Source: Octopus sinensis (lineage: Eukaryota). From it: 39,165 nucleotides of DNA. This document shows positions 14,358-26,005 of the stretch, piece by piece. The first letter of the stretch is position 1. The number at the start of each line of letters is the position of its first letter. A program made the position numbers and the translations under genes. The notes under the pieces were generated by a model that saw nothing but the letters and a program-made list of their open reading frames with translations, searched no databases and was not told the DNA's origin. The stretch is from contig NW_021835918.1 of NCBI RefSeq assembly GCF_006345805.1, positions 1 through 39,165 of the forward strand, given 5' to 3'.

Positions 14358-17300
14358 TTACTTCTCGTTAGTGTCGTCTTTCATACTGACCATTTTTGCC
14401 ACTTTTACCCACTTTTTATTGAAACATTCGTTCGACAAAGCCCTCCTCTCTATTCTCATCCTCCTTTTCAAGTGGTACTTGAAAAAGTTGACGAGAGACT
14501 GACCAGAGAGGAAGGTGTTTGTTTGCAGTCCTTTCAAACGCGTCCACCACACACATTCTTTCGCCATAGCCATCAGCGTAACGAAAACCGTTTTCCCTTC
14601 CCGTTTAAAGGAAGGTGGTGGAACAATACTCACGATAGACTCGGCCGATAGGCGGGCCCGACCTACACGTGACAACAGCTGTTCGACGAAGGTCCACAGC
14701 TCTGAAATATCTGGACACTGCACGAGTGCGTGCAGAACGGTTTCGTCGCTCTGGCCGCATCTCGGGCAGGTCGGTCTGGTGATGGTTTTCGAACCGTGTC
14801 TGTAGCTCTTCTCTCGAACAGGTAGTGCGTCTCGATAGCACTGCCAAGCCAGGGATTTCTGGAAGTTATCCATAGGCCCCGGCCCGAACGTCGTCCTGAA
14901 CAGGCGGGTTAGGAATTTCTCGTCGACGCCCAGGTTTGCCCCGAGTGTGTCGTCGGACCTCCCCTCCACTAGTCCTCTATAGAACGCTTTAGTCGTTTGT
15001 AAGTTGCACAAGTTTGACCCCGGTCGGCAGAGCTGCTGTAGAGTTTGGCGACACTCTCGGTGCCAATCGCCCAGTTTCGGTCTCTTTTTGATCCACGTTT
15101 GCAGTTTGGTCAGTGAGACGAGCTGCGGGAAGGCGCGCCTCACAAACGGCGCCCACACCTGTTCACCGTCGTCGATGAAGTTCCAGAGATGCCGCAGTCT
15201 CAGCGCATGCCTGCGCATCATCAACCACGGCATTCCCAGTCCTCCATTCAACGGATGTTGACAGCAAATGGACTTCCTCACCATCGGAACGCCACCCTTC
15301 CACAGGAAGCGGAAGAGTATGCGTTCTAGTTTGGTGATGGTGGCGTCGGGACAAGGCACGACGGTCAGGCGGTAATCGATGACGGATGCGATGTACGCGT
15401 TCGCCACCTCCGCCCGGCCTTTTAGAGACAGCTTTCTCTCGGCCCATGTTTGGCTGAGAGCGACCACTCTACTCGTGATCTGGTTCCAGTTCTTATCCAT
15501 TTGGAGGTCCGGACTGAACCAGACCCCGAGCAATTTAACCGGTCTGTCCGTCCAGCGTCCCACTACTGAGCCGCAGTCGGACGGCATGGGCTTGCTTCTC
15601 CAGGTGCCGAGTAGCAAACCCACTGACTTTTCCTGGTTAATCTTCGCTCCCGTCACCGTTTCGTATTTTCTTAGTGTCTCGCCTATCATCTGGATGTGTT
15701 TGTTGCTCGACACTATGACGGTGACATCGTCCGCATATGCCGACACGCTCGTCCCGCAACCCAGTTCCCGTGGGATGCCCCTCAGTGTCGCCAGCTTCCG
15801 CAGTAGCGGCTCGAGAGTCAATACATACAGAAGCGCCGACAGGGGACACCCCTGACGGACCGAACGCGTGATGTCAAACGGTTTCGACAGGTGACCGTTC
15901 ACCCGAATCACCGATCGGATGCCGCTATACAAGGCAGCGATCCAACCGCGAAAGACGGGACCGAAGCCAGCCGCCCTGAGGACGGCCGCCAAGTACCGAT
16001 GGTCGACCCTATCGAATGCTTTAGACTGATCCAAATTTATCAGCGCCCCACCCATGCCAGGATCCTTAACTACCCTGTCCACAATGTAGCGCATCAGATG
16101 GAGGTTGTCATGTATGGTTCTGCCCGGCACGGCGCATGTTTGCGCCCTGTCGACCAGTTTACCAATGACAAGCGCCAACCTCTCGGCTATTACTTTGGCC
16201 AAAATTTTCAAATCTGCATTGAGCCGAGTGATGGGCCTGAAATTATCTATAAAATTCCCCTTGTTTGGGTCTTTCTTCAGCAACGTCACTGCACCTCGGC
16301 TCACGAAACCGGGAATTCTCCCGTTTTGTTGCCAGTTGCAGTAGACTGATGCCAAGAGGTCGTCAAACAAGTCTGGCATTTGACAATACAGCTCGTAGGG
16401 TAAACCATCCAATCCAGGCGACTTATCCCTCGCGCAGCCCGCCATCGCATCCCGCACGTCAGCGGCTGTGATGAGACTTTCACAACACTCCGCTTCTCTT
16501 GCCGAGAGCCGCGGCAGGTCGGTCAGGTAGGCACTGAAATCCATCCCGCGTTCCGACCCACCGCTCGCACCAAACAATCGAGCAAAGTGCTGTTGAAAGG
16601 CCTCACACATCCTTTCAGGTTCGAGTAAACTGCATCCCTGTTGATCTATTAGAGACCGAATGGTGGCTCTGTTGCCACGCTGCGCCTCCGCTACCCGGGC
16701 CTCACGCGCAGCTTCGATCCCTTCGTTCCTTAAGGCACGCATTTTAGCTCTGACGACGCAACCTTCGTGCTTGGCGTTGAGGTGTTGGTCGAGGGCCATC
16801 CTCGCAGCCATCGCGTTGGTTGCGCTGCCAGTAGTAAGTGCCTCTTCTAGTTTCTTAACTAGGTCTCCCTCTACTCTGTTTCGATCTATCGCTAATTCCT
16901 TGCTAAACCTAATTGATTCCGATTTTATTGCCATTTTCAGGGCGAACCACCAGCGGTTGTTAACGACGGCTCCCGTCAGCGCCCTCTTAATTAACTCGCT
17001 AATCCGGTTCCTGTAAACCTGTCGCGCTAAGAGCGACGTGTTCAGTTTCCAGTAACCGGGACCCTGTCTATGTGTCTTATCTAAGTCGAGCGTACACGTC
17101 ACAAATTTGTGATCTGTGTAGCTGACTATTTTAAATTGTGGACATCCTACACTATCCCTATCCGCTGTCCTGCATAGAATTCTGTCTAGATAAGATCTCG
17201 ACGATCCGACGCGGTTTGTCCAAGTCCACGTTGGCACGTTCGGATGGTCGAGTCGGAACCTGTCAGACAAATGGAAACGTCTGAGTAGGTCTTTGAGGCA

Positions 17301-17789
17301 CTTACACCCCCTTCTATTCCTATCCATTCCCACATAATCTAGATGCGTGTCCAAGGTAGCGTTCCAATCCCCTACTAACAGTAAAGGTCTAGACGTACCC
17401 AGGAAAACCTCTAGACGTCTGAAGAAATCCGCCCGACCCGTTAAGGACGGTGCATAAACTGCCATCAGACGGAATGCACACCCATTTCTGCCATCCACGT
17501 CCAAGACAACCAGCCTACCCTCCGGATCTAGGAATATTGTTCTTACTTTTACATTTAGACTCTTTCGAAAAAGCACCACGGTACCTCCACCACCCATGTT
17601 CGGCAGACAGGGAGAAAAATAAATGTCAAATTGATCGCCAAACATGGACGCGAGGGCCCGCGACTTGCTGAGTCTGGTTTCACTGATAGCTACTATATCC
17701 ACGTTCAGTGACTTGATGTCGTTTAGAAGGTAACCTTGCTTCCAAGCCGACGCCAAGCCACGCGCATTCACACAACCTAATTTAAGCAT
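14358..17789 (-). CDS. LINE ORF2: APE endonuclease + reverse transcriptase + C-terminal CCHC-type domain, uninterrupted (1143 aa)
   Basis: APE: GCVNARGL, VAISETR, VYAP, GDWN, SYLDRI, TDHK. RT: KSPGLDG, FRPI, LDQSKAFDRV, VRQGCPLS, YADD. C-terminus CPRCGQSDETVLHALVQC. The APE-RT-CCHC layout with FLWKG/GGLG motifs fits the L1/Tx1 group. Confidence 0.96.
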   Translation of the reverse strand: MLKLGCVNARGLASAWKQGYLLNDIKSLNVDIVAISETRLSKSRALASMFGDQFDIYFSPCLPNMGGGGTVVLFRKSLNVKVRTIFLDPEGRLVVLDVDGRNGCAFRLMAVYAPSLTGRADFFRRLEVFLGTSRPLLLVGDWNATLDTHLDYVGMDRNRRGCKCLKDLLRRFHLSDRFRLDHPNVPTWTWTNRVGSSRSYLDRILCRTADRDSVGCPQFKIVSYTDHKFVTCTLDLDKTHRQGPGYWKLNTSLLARQVYRNRISELIKRALTGAVVNNRWWFALKMAIKSESIRFSKELAIDRNRVEGDLVKKLEEALTTGSATNAMAARMALDQHLNAKHEGCVVRAKMRALRNEGIEAAREARVAEAQRGNRATIRSLIDQQGCSLLEPERMCEAFQQHFARLFGASGGSERGMDFSAYLTDLPRLSAREAECCESLITAADVRDAMAGCARDKSPGLDGLPYELYCQMPDLFDDLLASVYCNWQQNGRIPGFVSRGAVTLLKKDPNKGNFIDNFRPITRLNADLKILAKVIAERLALVIGKLVDRAQTCAVPGRTIHDNLHLMRYIVDRVVKDPGMGGALINLDQSKAFDRVDHRYLAAVLRAAGFGPVFRGWIAALYSGIRSVIRVNGHLSKPFDITRSVRQGCPLSALLYVLTLEPLLRKLATLRGIPRELGCGTSVSAYADDVTVIVSSNKHIQMIGETLRKYETVTGAKINQEKSVGLLLGTWRSKPMPSDCGSVVGRWTDRPVKLLGVWFSPDLQMDKNWNQITSRVVALSQTWAERKLSLKGRAEVANAYIASVIDYRLTVVPCPDATITKLERILFRFLWKGGVPMVRKSICCQHPLNGGLGMPWLMMRRHALRLRHLWNFIDDGEQVWAPFVRRAFPQLVSLTKLQTWIKKRPKLGDWHRECRQTLQQLCRPGSNLCNLQTTKAFYRGLVEGRSDDTLGANLGVDEKFLTRLFRTTFGPGPMDNFQKSLAWQCYRDALPVREKSYRHGSKTITRPTCPRCGQSDETVLHALVQCPDISELWTFVEQLLSRVGRARLSAESIVSIVPPPSFKREGKTVFVTLMAMAKECVWWTRLKGLQTNTFLSGQSLVNFFKYHLKRRMRIERRALSNECFNKKWVKVAKMVSMKDDTNEK

Positions 17790-17855
17790 AATTGACGTTT
17801 ACGAAAATTGTGTTTCACACACAACATTGGAAGAGACAAGAGGCAAGAGGGAAGG

Positions 17856-19650
17856 TCACTTACTCATTTCGAAAGTTTCATTTTTTTCTTCTTCTTTTGT
17901 AGTGTCTTTGATGAGGTGTTTGTATAGTTTTTTGGAGAGGTATCGTTGAAACCCGCCTACCGCATTTGGAAATATTGTTTTCAGTGTATGGTGTTGTGTT
18001 TGTGTTATGTGTACAATTTTTATGTGCTTCGGTGGTGTGGTGCGCGGATGATTGTTTGTCTTAAAGTCATCTTCACAGATGTCCGTGTTGGATACAATGT
18101 AATCCATTAATTTTTTATTGTCTGTGTCTATTGCAGTTAGTTGTGTGTGTGGTTTTGCGGGTTCATTGACTTTTTGATTGTCTAGGGGGGTGCTGTCCGG
18201 AGTTAAATATCTCCCTGCTTTACTTCCTTGTTTGGTGGGCTTTTTTGATCTTTTCCTTTTACCCCCTGTGGCTATTTGCCATTCCGTCGAACTTTCGTCG
18301 TCCGACGTATCAGAAGAGGGTAAAGGCAAAGTATTTGTGTTAATATGTATGCTTATAGAAATTGTTGATGTTTTGTGCGGTGTTTGTGTTGTTATGGTGT
18401 TAGGGGTAGAATTTGTCTTCTCGTCACTGTTTTCTGTCTTTTTAATTGTCGTCCTGGGTGTTGGTGTGGGTCTATCTTTTGGTTCAGCATGATAAATTGG
18501 TTGCGTCGTCAACGGTGATTTTGTTGGTACTGTTTCTTTTCTTGGTGATGTTGTTGGGGTTTGTTTGCTGGTTTGTTGTTTTTCTTCTTGGCATTGTTCC
18601 ATAATTGAGTGTGTTGGTGTTGGTATTGGCAACAAGGGTTTTTTATTTGTTTTCTGATTTGTTCTTTCTTGTTTTTTCTGTGCTAGAGCGCACTTGGCAA
18701 TTAAATGCTCTGGGCTGCCACAGTTGTAGCATCTAGGCTTCTTGCCTTCTGCCACAACATATAGGCTTTGCCCATTTTCTAGGTGGATCCTATCGGGTAG
18801 GCTCTCGATAGAGGCCCCCTCAATCTGGATGGTCACTACTATTGTTTTTCCACCCCAATTGTCGTTTAGGTACACGGCTGTTTCTAAAATATTGATCTTT
18901 TTCAAATGGTAACAGATTGCCCCTGTTATCCATTTGTTCGGGATCTCGGGGTGGGGGGACATTTTTAATAGTAATTCTACTCACTCTCTTGCCTTTGAAA
19001 TAAGGTACCATTTTGATATCATCATTTTCCAAAGACTCGGTAGAGTGAGCTTTTGCCATTTCCTGGTTAGGGAAGCGGACCACCACTGTGTTAAACTGGG
19101 GACCCCAGTTTATATATTCTTTCTTTTTTCATTATGCTTTTTAAACATTTTTCTATATCCGTTTTTGTAATGTGTTCATTTTGTTTTTTGTTTTTTCTTA
19201 TAATTTTATATATAATTGTCTTATTTTCTATTTGTTCCTTTATGTGTTGAGGTGTATGCAGCACTAAATCTTGCCCACGGGTTGTAAAGAGAGTTCTCGT
19301 TTCTATTAGCTCTTCATTTGTAAATGTTACTATTTCCTTCTTCTGACGCAGTGTCAGCGAAATTTACTGGTGTTGTTGATTTTTTTTATATTAACATCTT
19401 CACTATTAGATAGTTCATTTTTATTGTTGTTGTTGTTTTTCTTAATAGTATTCGCGTGAGTTTCATTTTTATCATTTATGTTGGTCGTGGTGGTAGTGGT
19501 GGTGGTGGTGGAGGTGGTGGTGGTGGTGGTGACAGGGCTCTTACCGTAAGTGGTTGCAGCGTTCACTACCACGTCATTCAGGTTTGCACTTTGCGTGCAT
19601 ACGTTCTTTTTTTCTCCTCGCGTTTCCAGACTAGGAAAATGCTGGTCCAT
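17856..19650 (-). pseudogene. LINE ORF1 (gag-like, CCHC zinc knuckle), frameshifted as assembled
   Basis: RCYNCGSPEHLIAKC in 17856-18962; upstream pieces VVRFPNQEMAK..RITIKNVPP (18820-19086) and MDQHFPSL.. (ATG at 19650) lie in other frames. Confidence 0.8.
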
Positions 19651-19888
19651 AAAAGAACGCAACCAGCGTTCTAAATAAAATTTCTCGACATTTTTAAACG
19701 TCGAGAAGAAAATTACACAAATTAAATGGGGTTGAAACTGTCCCTAGGGGCGAATTCCTCCCTTGGAAAAGCACTCAAACGAAAGTTGGGTGCCTTACAC
19801 ACCTTATTTACAAAAATGTACACAAAATATGGGCTATAAATAGTCAAAATAAATGATTACCTTCGGAACCGAAGTGACAGCACGTCTG

Positions 19889-19980
<92 letters not shown>

Positions 19981-20001
19981 GATATATAGATAGAGATAAA
20001 T

Positions 20002-20050
<49 letters not shown>

Positions 20051-20081
20051 TAAAAAGATAGATAGATAGATAGATAGATAG

Positions 20082-20136
<55 letters not shown>

Positions 20137-20156
20137 CAGATAGATAGACAGATAGA
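19889..20156. repeat. (GATA)n microsatellite with (GA)n interruption at the 5' end of the Tx1-like LINE
   Basis: Direct reading. Confidence 0.97.
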
Positions 20157-20578
20157 CCTGTGCATTGTTTTGTTACATCAAGTGTTGAAGATGTTTCCCA
20201 AACTAATATTAATGCTAATTACTAATCAATGATTAACGATTACTCTGGATGTATGTGTATGAGTGTGTACGTGTGGTGTGTTTCTATTGTTTGCTTCTCG
20301 GCAAACTAAATACCGAACATTTTACAAAACAACGAAAGCAGTAACAGCTGAACTGGGAAACTTTTTCTTCTCCCAAATATTCATCGCTCTTCTACAAGCT
20401 TCTCATTCACTCCGCTTCATTCTAATTATGTAAATTTATGTTTCCACTTTAACGAAATATATTCATAATTTATGTCCTACATTATTATTATGTAAATAAA
20501 TATTAACTTATCCATATATCTATCTGTGTCACCTGATCTCTTCGTGTAATTAGAGTGTCTCAATCATAGTATAGCTAT

Positions 20579-20582
20579 ATTA

Positions 20583-20637
<55 letters not shown>

Positions 20638-20658
20638 ATAATAATAATAATAATAATA

Positions 20659-20704
<46 letters not shown>

Positions 20705-20731
20705 TATAATAATAATAATAATAATAATAAT
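20579..20731. repeat. (TTA)n-(TAA)n head-to-head trinucleotide microsatellite
   Basis: Direct reading; strand switch near 20634. Confidence 0.95.
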
Positions 20732-20735
20732 AGGC

Positions 20736-21165
20736 TATGATACTCCCCACTACTTCTGCTCGAAATCAGAGATACACATATCATCAGTCACTAACGGACA
20801 TGCTCAACTGGTTAAGGTCAAACAACTGACAAGCAAATCTGTAGTATTGAGCAGAATATTTGCTGAGGTCCATCTTTTATACCAAGACAAAACAATATAC
20901 ATGATAACACTTACAATCAGTTAAGATCAGAAGCCATGCAGTACCAGACAGTGGCTCTCATAGCTTCCGATCTTAACTGATTGGAAGTGTTATCATGTAT
21001 ATTGTTTTGTCTTGGTATAAAAGATGGGTTACAGCAAATATTCTGCTCAATACTACAGATTTGTTTGTCAGTTGTTTGACCTTAACCAGTTGAACGTGTC
21101 CCTTAGTGACTGACGATATGTGCATCTCTGATCACGAGCAGAAGTAGTGGGGGCATATTATCATA
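20736..21165. repeat. ~430-bp imperfect palindrome (two ~200-bp inverted arms, ~20-nt loop)
   Basis: CTCCCCACTACTTCTGCTCG...GATCAGAAGCCATG versus CATAGCTTCCGATC...CGAGCAGAAGTAGTGGGG. Confidence 0.92.
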
Positions 21166-21487
21166 TCCATGTGTTGAGAGGAATTCTTTGGGACTTGAAT
21201 AATTCACCTCTGGAAACATGGGTGTTTCGTTCACCATCTTTAAACCAATTTGATTCAGGGGCCATTTGAGCAGGATGGGCTTCTCGACCTGAAGATAATT
21301 CTAACTGGATCCCACCTGCAAGGTCATGTGCTGTTTATCGTGATATGAGATCACCGTGTTGCGTACATATGATTGTGATGTATGTGCCTGGTGTACCCTT
21401 ATCAGACGGGTAGTCATGATGGGTATATTGGGCTTCGTATATTTATACCCTAGTGTCACTTTGATGGCATGCACTGCTCCTTCACTC
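20939..21487 (+). mobile_element. Non-coding retroposon (SINE-like) body ending in a (TAA)n tail
   Basis: Ends ..GGCATGCACTGCTCCTTCACTC directly into (AAT)n 21488-21558; its 5' part is the right arm of the palindrome. Confidence 0.55.
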
Positions 21488-21558
<71 letters not shown>

Positions 21559-23271
21559 CTGATATGCTAAATAGAACTGGATGCGGATATAAATGTTACG
21601 GCAAAACGATCAGCCACCTTTTATATATGGATGACCTAAAACTATACGCTGCAAATGACAAACAGCTGGAAACACTATTAAAGACAGTTCATGGATTTAC
21701 CAAAGAAATAGATTAGAAATTTGGATTAGAAAAATGCGCCAAAGTAACCATGAAAAGAGGAAAACTAGTTAAGAGTAACAACATCACACTAGATAAAACC
21801 AATGAAATAAAAGAATTAGACCAAAACCAAACTTACAAATACTTAGAATCCATGAACTAGATAAGACACAACACACACAAATGAAAGAGAAAATAAAAAA
21901 GAATATTATAGACGAGTTAGATCAATACTAACACAGAGCTCAATGCTAAAAACAAGATAATAGGTATCAACACTTTAGCTGTCCCAGTTATAAGTTACAG
22001 CTACAATATCCTTAACTGGACACGAAATGAACTGACCAAAATAGATAGGAAAACAAGAAAAATAATGACAGGATCTAGGATGCATCACCCAAAATCTGAC
22101 ATAGAAAGACTATATATACAACGTATAGAAGGTGGTAGAGGCCTTATACAGCTGGAAAACTACTATAAAATAACCACCATAGGATTGCAAAATATCTATT
22201 CAGAAGGAAGGAAAACTAATCCAGATAGCGGCAAAACACGAGCAAAACAAAAAACTGTTCTCAGTATTTAAGGAAGCTGACAAATACAAACAAGAAATTA
22301 TACCACCTAATAAACATGAAGAAGAAGAAGAAGATGAAGAAACAACAAAAGCTATAAAACAAATGAAATCCAAACTAAAATAGAACAGCAACGAACCATG
22401 ATAAAACGATGGCAAGAAAAGCCCCTTCATGGTAAATACTGGACTAAACTAAACGCAAAAGAAATAGACAAAGAAAAATCCCAGCAATGGTTGAGAAGCT
22501 CAGGACTCAAAGCAGAGACAGAGGGATTTTTAATTGCAGCACAAGACCAAAGCCTCCCCACCAGAAATTACCAAAAACATGTAATGAAAAGAAATATTAC
22601 AAGTAACTGCAGAATATGTGGAGATGGACAAGAAACAATAAATCATATTATCTCTAGCTGCCCAGTCCTGGCTAAGAAGGAATATATTCACAGACATGAC
22701 AGAGTTGGAACCTACATACATTGGAAGCTATGCCAACATTATGGAATAACAACAGAAAAAAGATGGTATAGGCACACACCAGAAAAGGTCACAGAAAACG
22801 AGAAAGCAACCATACTCTGGGATATGCCGATACACACAGATAGAGAAATTAAGGCCAACAGACCAGATATAGTTGTCAGAGATCATGAAGATAAAAAATT
22901 CTTTCTAATTGAAGTATCAATACCGGCTGATGACAACGTGTCTCTAAAAGAAATGGAGAAACTCTCAAAATACAAAGACCTGGAAATAGAGGTAACTAGA
23001 ATGTGGAATCTGAAAACAGAAACAATTCCTATCATAGTGGGTGCATTAGGCATGATAAAAAAATATTCAGACAAATACATAACAAAAACACCAGGACTTA
23101 CAAACACATATAACATACAGAAAATTGCACTACTAGGTACTGCACACATCCTACGCAGAACACTTTCCATACAATAACCATCAGAGCATCACAACAAATC
23201 ACAGCACATACACAAGGCACACAGAGCTGCGCTCGGTAGTGAAGTGAAAGCACGCTATAAAAATAAAACTA

Positions 23272-23273
<2 letters not shown>
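21559..23273 (+). mobile_element. 5'-truncated Dong/R4-clade non-LTR retrotransposon (RT end + CCHC + restriction-like endonuclease), frameshifted
   Basis: YMDDLKLYA and KFGLEKCAK near 21630-21740; ORF 22398-23177 has LHGKY, ETEGFLIAAQDQ, CRICG..ETINHIISSC, RHDRV, NRPDIVV..IEVSIP, KLSKYKDL, PIIVGALG; flanked by (AAT)n on both sides. Confidence 0.92.
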
Positions 23274-23357
<84 letters not shown>

Positions 23358-23358
<1 letters not shown>

Positions 23359-23697
23359 GCATCTCAAGGCGATTACAGTACCAGTGATTATAGGATCTCT
23401 AGGAATGATAAAAAAAAGGTACTGAAACCTATTTAAAAATGATTCCAGGTCAACCATCCCTACAGGAAGTGCAAAAAATCGTATTAACTGGAACGGCTCT
23501 TGTACTGAGAAGAGCATTATCGCTGTGAAAACAACATCCATCCATGAATTTATTTATTTATTAAATATTTAAATACATATTTTATCTGTGAATTTGCCTG
23601 TGTAATCTGGAAATGCATACAATGAGCTTCTCTGCCCTAGGTATGTGGAAAACACTCGGCGAGAAACGGAAGAAAATTTGAAGAAAGAAGGAAAAAC
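23358..23697 (+). mobile_element. 3' fragment of a second, divergent Dong/R4 family
   Basis: Translates HLKAITVPVIIGSLGMIKKGTETYLKMIPGQPSLQEVQKIVLTGTALVLRRALSL*, homologous to the end of ORF 22398-23177 but with a different 3'UTR; followed by (ATA)n 23698-23773. Confidence 0.85.
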
Positions 23698-23774
<77 letters not shown>

Positions 23775-24011
23775 CCTTTGTAACATTGGTGCAGAACTTG
23801 AAATTTGAGGGGGTGAGATTAGTCCAGGTGTGTTGAATATACGGTCAAATTGTTGCAAGAACAGCAAAACATTTCCTGATGATGGGACTCTGGAATTGAT
23901 TATATTGAGTCGATGGTGACCTGAGCCTTCACCGTTGACAACTTATTCAAACAATTAATTCGTTAAGGACGAAACCTGAGGCGTCTGCCAAATCGATAGT
24001 GTATATTCTGG

Positions 24012-24042
<31 letters not shown>

Positions 24043-24339
24043 TGTATGTATGTATTGTTGTATGTATGTATGTATGTATGTGTGCGTGTTTATGTATGCG
24101 AGTGTGTGTGTATGTATGTATGTGTGCGTGTGTGTGTATGTACGTATGTATGTATGTATGTATGTATGTATGTATGTATGTATGTATGTGTGTGTGTGTG
24201 TGTGTATGTATATGCATGTATGTGTGTGTGCGCATACGACATTCAACTGCATCCGGTGATGAGGCTCCTGTTCGCGAGTTGTGGATTTGGGGTTAACGTG
24301 GAATTATTCGTTAATTACGATTACCTGTCAGGTCCGTTC

Positions 24340-24751
24340 TGACCCGGAAGTGTTGTACTTGTCAGGGTGCGATCTATGGGTTAAATAAATTTCCCAGAGA
24401 TAGACGAGACTTCGGTTATTTTTGAGAGAAGCCATGGGGAAGGCAGCTCTTCCATGAGAAAGATATTCAGACATAAAACCTGCAGACAAAATAATAGCCG
24501 CCATCTTGCAATGCTTGATGTCAGTGGAATCTAATATGGCGACTGAGAGACTGGCAAAAGTGTTGCTCAAGCTTTTTAGCTATTTAAATCCAAAGACCTA
24601 CAGACGTCTCACTTTCATTTCATTTCTTGATCCGTCTTGTATTTTATAAAGCCCCGAGGCAAAGAATGTGCGAAATGAGAAGTCATAGCGACATACGTGC
24701 AAGGGTGAAAGTCAGAACAATCAAGATGAATGTTGGACGGTAATCACGTGA
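24340..24751. promoter_or_regulatory. Candidate housekeeping-type promoter motif cluster (ETS, YY1, E-box)
   Basis: CCGGAAGTG 24344-24352; GCCGCCATCTTG 24497-24508; AATATGGCG 24533-24541; TCACGTGA 24744-24751, in non-microsatellite sequence. Confidence 0.3.
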
Positions 24752-25583
24752 GAGGATAAGGCAATCGTTGTGTGTGAATGAAGGAATGTATTTATTGTAT
24801 GTGTGTAAATATTGTACACATGTTTAAGTAGAGTTTTAATGTAGATGTCCTTCGAAATCCCAAACATAATTGGAAAGAAAGACGGCAGATTTATTTCCCT
24901 GTCTTTCATGCAAGAAAAAAAATACGAACCTGAAAATATTTTCCAAATATTTCGATTTTCGCCTTTTTACTTCGCAATTTCGTACCGTTTTCTTTTCCCA
25001 TGTGCTTTGGGGTTTCGAAGGACAGCTATTTCGAAATTTCGCCCATGTTTGTATGTATGTTTATACATTTCGTCAATGAAATATAAATAGGTAAATGACA
25101 AAAATCTTGCGAAAAACCGATGCTTCTCGGATGAAGTCCACTACATCGATATACTAACACTGCAACACGTCGTTGTTATTCTTGAGGTCAGCAATATTGT
25201 CAACTATTTAGCTTGTTTTCAGTGGCACAGCAAGGGGGCGTGCCACCCGTGACAGCTCTGGACTTTGCTCTTTCTTGCCCCCCACCCATCCTTTACAGGT
25301 TTATACAGCAGACCCAAAAGTGCCATTCCCATAAAAAGAGAATCGCCCACCGTGCCAACGGCACTATTGTTTAATGTTGAAGTGTAAAATGAAATTGTGT
25401 GTGTGTATGATTGTGTATTTAGCGGATACTGCACGTGTGCGTGAGTGTACGCGTTTGCGTGTACGCGTGTGTATATGTATACACATGTATGTATATGTAA
25501 ATATATAAATTTATACATCCATGTACTCAAACATCCGCAAAACATTTGAAACAAAAGGAAGTTTTAGATGTATATATATATAT

Positions 25584-25629
<46 letters not shown>

Positions 25630-25679
25630 GTACATATATATATATGATTGTGTTCATGTGTGTATGTATTCATGTGTCC

Positions 25680-25716
<37 letters not shown>

Positions 25717-25964
25717 AATAATCTTTGTTTGGCTTCAAAGGTTTTGTAGATACTTGAAACCCATGCTGTTACACTAATTACTAATCAATCGATAACCAAT
25801 CAATACGTGTACGTATGCCTCTGCGCCGCCTGTGCATGCGTGGTGTTGATGCTGTTGTGTGTGCGTTGGTTGTTTAAGTTGAAACTAAATAACTCCGATT
25901 TCGCAAAACAATGCCGTGCAACAGCTGATGGTAAATAAATTACACTTTTAGGCTACAAAACATT

Positions 25965-25974
25965 CTCTCTCTCC

Positions 25975-26005
<31 letters not shown>

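Larger units (their letters stand above)
14076..19888 (-). mobile_element. Apparently full-length Tx1-like (L1-group) non-LTR retrotransposon, ~5.8 kb
   Basis: 5'UTR-ORF1-ORF2-3'UTR order; AATAAA at 14080-14085 (minus) directly before a (TATC)n tract; 5' end abuts another (TATC)n tract. The 5' boundary is inferred. Confidence 0.85.

Noticed and set aside
14515-17671. Nested and antisense ORFs within LINE ORF2
   Set aside because: Expected shadows of a GC-rich coding sequence; no independent motifs.
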